NCBI GenBank assembly: GCA_036172245.1
Contig: JAYWIR010000007.1
Span: 3,534,001 to 3,598,000, forward strand
Direction: 5' to 3'
Origin: Raillietiella orientalis
Lineage: Eukaryota
DNA length: 64,000 bases
Position 1 is the first letter of the stretch; every line of letters starts with the position of its first letter. This document shows, in pieces, positions 61,101 to 64,000 of the stretch. A program made the position numbers and the translations under genes. Under the pieces are notes generated by a model. It was not told the origin of the DNA, did no database searches, and saw only the letters and a program-made list of their open reading frames with translations.

Positions 61101-64000
61101 TCTTGTTACACCTTGATACCCATTACGTTTTAAAGCCTGGAAAATACGGGTCATTGGTGTTCCCCATTTTAGGATAAAAGTCCCAAGTAATGTGCTTTCA
61201 ACTTTTAAGACGAAAAAGTGGACCGTAAATAAAGTATTAGAATTCTACTTGATCCTTTGAGGAATAATTTTGCGTAGATGCTTTTTTTTCTTCACGCAAA
61301 TGGCGTGTTCAAAATTCATTTTCATATTAGTATTATTTTCCCTTTGGATTCATACAAATGGTGGTTCTTTTGATCTCTAAGAATTCAGATGAGAATAATT
61401 CTGGAATTTTGTTCGCAAAGAAAGATGCAGTCTTTATTTTCTAAAAAAATATTGCTTTATTTACATTCAACGGTGAATGAGATTTCTTCCCGGGTGTACA
61501 TATATGAAAATACATTGAAAAATTTTGAGCGAATTCTGTGTAGTTGTTTCGAATTTTCGAATTTTTCTTTCAATTAGTTCAGTTAGTCTTTAGTTGGATT
61601 CGTGCTTGGATTTATCATTGAACTCTTCATTTGATAATGATATTTTCTAAATCTCATAGTACGCATTCTCATATGTCGTGTGGTTCCTTGTGGTGTTCTT
61701 CAGCACAGAGCAACGTTTGCGTTTAAGAAAATGTTTGTCTTCCTTCAAGAAGGCATGTCTTTTAAGACATGCCTTCAAGACAAGTCTTTAATGCCTATAT
61801 CCTGATTTTTCTACACTTGTAGACTCTGTGCTTCGACTGCCTGCCTGCATCAGTTTTTTTTATGCAACAGTTTTCGTATTTTTATTACTTTTTATATTCT
61901 GGCACAATTTTGTCTAGTCTTGTATCGTAATTAAGACAGCTGAGACATTTCAAACTTCGCTATTATGCAGTCGCTTCATGTTTATTTATGTATACGTATA
62001 CGTCGTTTCCTGAAGTTTCTGAATTGGATAGTTTCTAAATTTCCCAAGTTGCATTAATACACTGGCTGTCCAAATTATTGTAGGTGTACATTGTTTTTTG
62101 GAATCTACCAAAATGTTTGTAATCCGAGATCACAACACCAGATCTTTCCATTTTCCGTAGAAAAAAATGCATAGTAATCAGTAATTAACATGCGACTAGA
62201 AATCATAATTTTTGCACACGAATTTGTAAATTTGTGCGATAACCTTCACTAATTCGTGCTTTCTTTATTTAGTATGGCTTGCGTGGTCTTTAGCTTTTTA
62301 TTCATAGATGAAGAGTAATGAGGTTGATACACTGTCTCATTAAAATTGGTGACTTACCTACCAAAATGAAAATTTATCTATGTGGCGTAAAAAAGAAACT
62401 CAAGTGTTAATTTAAGTTTCAATTTCTGCAGAAATTGTAAAAGAGGCTTATTTTTCCGTTTGTAATCATTCACGAATTTGTTTGAGTTGATGATTCCGTT
62501 GATTCATCTCATCGAAAACATCCAGCAAACTTAACGCAATTTTGCCAAATGCCACGTACACTCCAATGTTTATTGGTCAAACACCAAAATATTCATCCGG
62601 TAGGAGTTTAGTTATGCCTTTTACCTGGTATTGGAATCGAGCATTTCATCTTATAATACACGAGTGTACTTAATTATTTGAGCAATATTTTTTCAACATC
62701 AGGATGCTTATATAAAAACAGTTCTATATAGGATCAGTCAGAATCGTACGTTTCCAAATCGTGTTTTGATTTAAAAGTAGGTTCTGCCATGAGAAAATCA
62801 TGATGCTTCCAAGTGATTTTCGGAGAATGTAAGTAATAACTGCCGTCATTGATTGCAATTATGGCAAATTAAGGATCGGTTCTACAACCTTAAAGTACAG
62901 AAGTGTGATTCAATTTCGATCAGCATTGTATCGGACACATATATGCGCGAGTTCACGTCCGGAAGCTGAAAAGTAATCAGAGTGAGCATCCTTGTCATCT
63001 TTCACTGAATGCAAAATCGGATTCCGAATATCATTCGTGTACATTTGCGCATCACTTGCCTAAAGTTTTGCTACATACGATGTGCCGATGTGCTTTTTAG
63101 TGTGTGCTATTAGATTGCCATTAGTAAGCTATGTGCATCATGTATTTATTCATATGGAATGTTTGTATATACAGCACGTGTATTGGGTCGTTTCGTATGG
63201 TTCGTTTTCCGTATGCACATATTTGATCTGGTGTTTTTGCTAGGGTCAAATATTAATCCGTCCCCATAGGCAATGCTCAGGTCGACAGTCCGAACTTTCA
63301 ATTTGGATTCCCCAAAATCAATAAGTAGAAGTATGCAAACATATGGATATGTGCTGAATTTAATGCACAATTCTTTAAATTGTGGATATGGTCGATTCCC
63401 AAGAAGAAAAAATAACGCGTCGTATGCGTAGAAGGAATGCTCCTGGTTGGAGCTTGCGACACTCTTAATATCCTGTTTTTTTTTTTCCCCCCTGTAGGTG
63501 TCTGTGTATTCTGCATCTGTTTAGCCGTTTTTTTAAATGGAATTTTAACTTTTATCGTGAACTAGTCCTTTATTCCTTAGGGAACCGTGTCACATCAGGA
63601 ACTGGAAGTGCATTCTAGTTACGTTTGCAAAGGAATTTTCATTTTCCTACTCCTCGGGTTCTTTGATGACGCCTTTTTTTTTTTTTTTTTTTAATAGATA
63701 GTTGTTTTCCTTTTGGACAGTGACGCAAATTCATCAGTGTTTCTAGTTGTTTAAAGTGATCTATAACTACTAAACAGTTCGAAATTACATAATTTAGGGC
63801 GTGCACGTTTCTCGGAGGCACTCATATATATTGCTGCAAGCACTTATTCGAAACACATTCATCATTATTTCTTACATCTTTGCCACAAATTTGGTAGTTT
63901 GTTTCTGGTTTGAGATTGGGGACTGTTCTTATCCGCTCACATAAATTTTCCCGCGATAATTCAATTCAGATTCGGCTTTAAAGATTAAGATTTCGCGAAG

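Noticed and set aside
58300..64000. Further YTHDC1 exons or other genes
   Set aside because: AT-rich sequence with only short ORFs lacking recognisable similarity. Downstream exons could not be identified by eye.

Overview
Eukaryotic (invertebrate animal, probably arthropod-like) genomic DNA in two compartments. Positions ~1-40,200 are a repeat graveyard of nested, mostly minus-strand relics of L1/Tx1-clade non-LTR retrotransposons (CCHC ORF1, APE 'SDH', RT, zf-RVT). This part also holds a degraded but nearly genome-length endogenous CRESS-DNA virus (nanovirus/alphasatellite-like Rep on +, Arg-rich capsid-like ORF on -, intergenic stem-loop) and two LINE-derived tandem arrays (~14 x 642 bp and ~4.3 x 677 bp). 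At least eight LINE 3' ends share an AATAAA + GC-rich hairpin + short A-run terminus, with compensatory base changes. Positions ~41,200-58,300 are a compact gene block with very short introns: EIF6 (+), an RNF212/Zip3-family meiotic RING gene (-), a pyruvate dehydrogenase phosphatase (-), an orphan RECQL4 C-terminal-like exon (-) and YTHDC1 (+). All calls come from manual reading and recalled family motifs; no searches were run.
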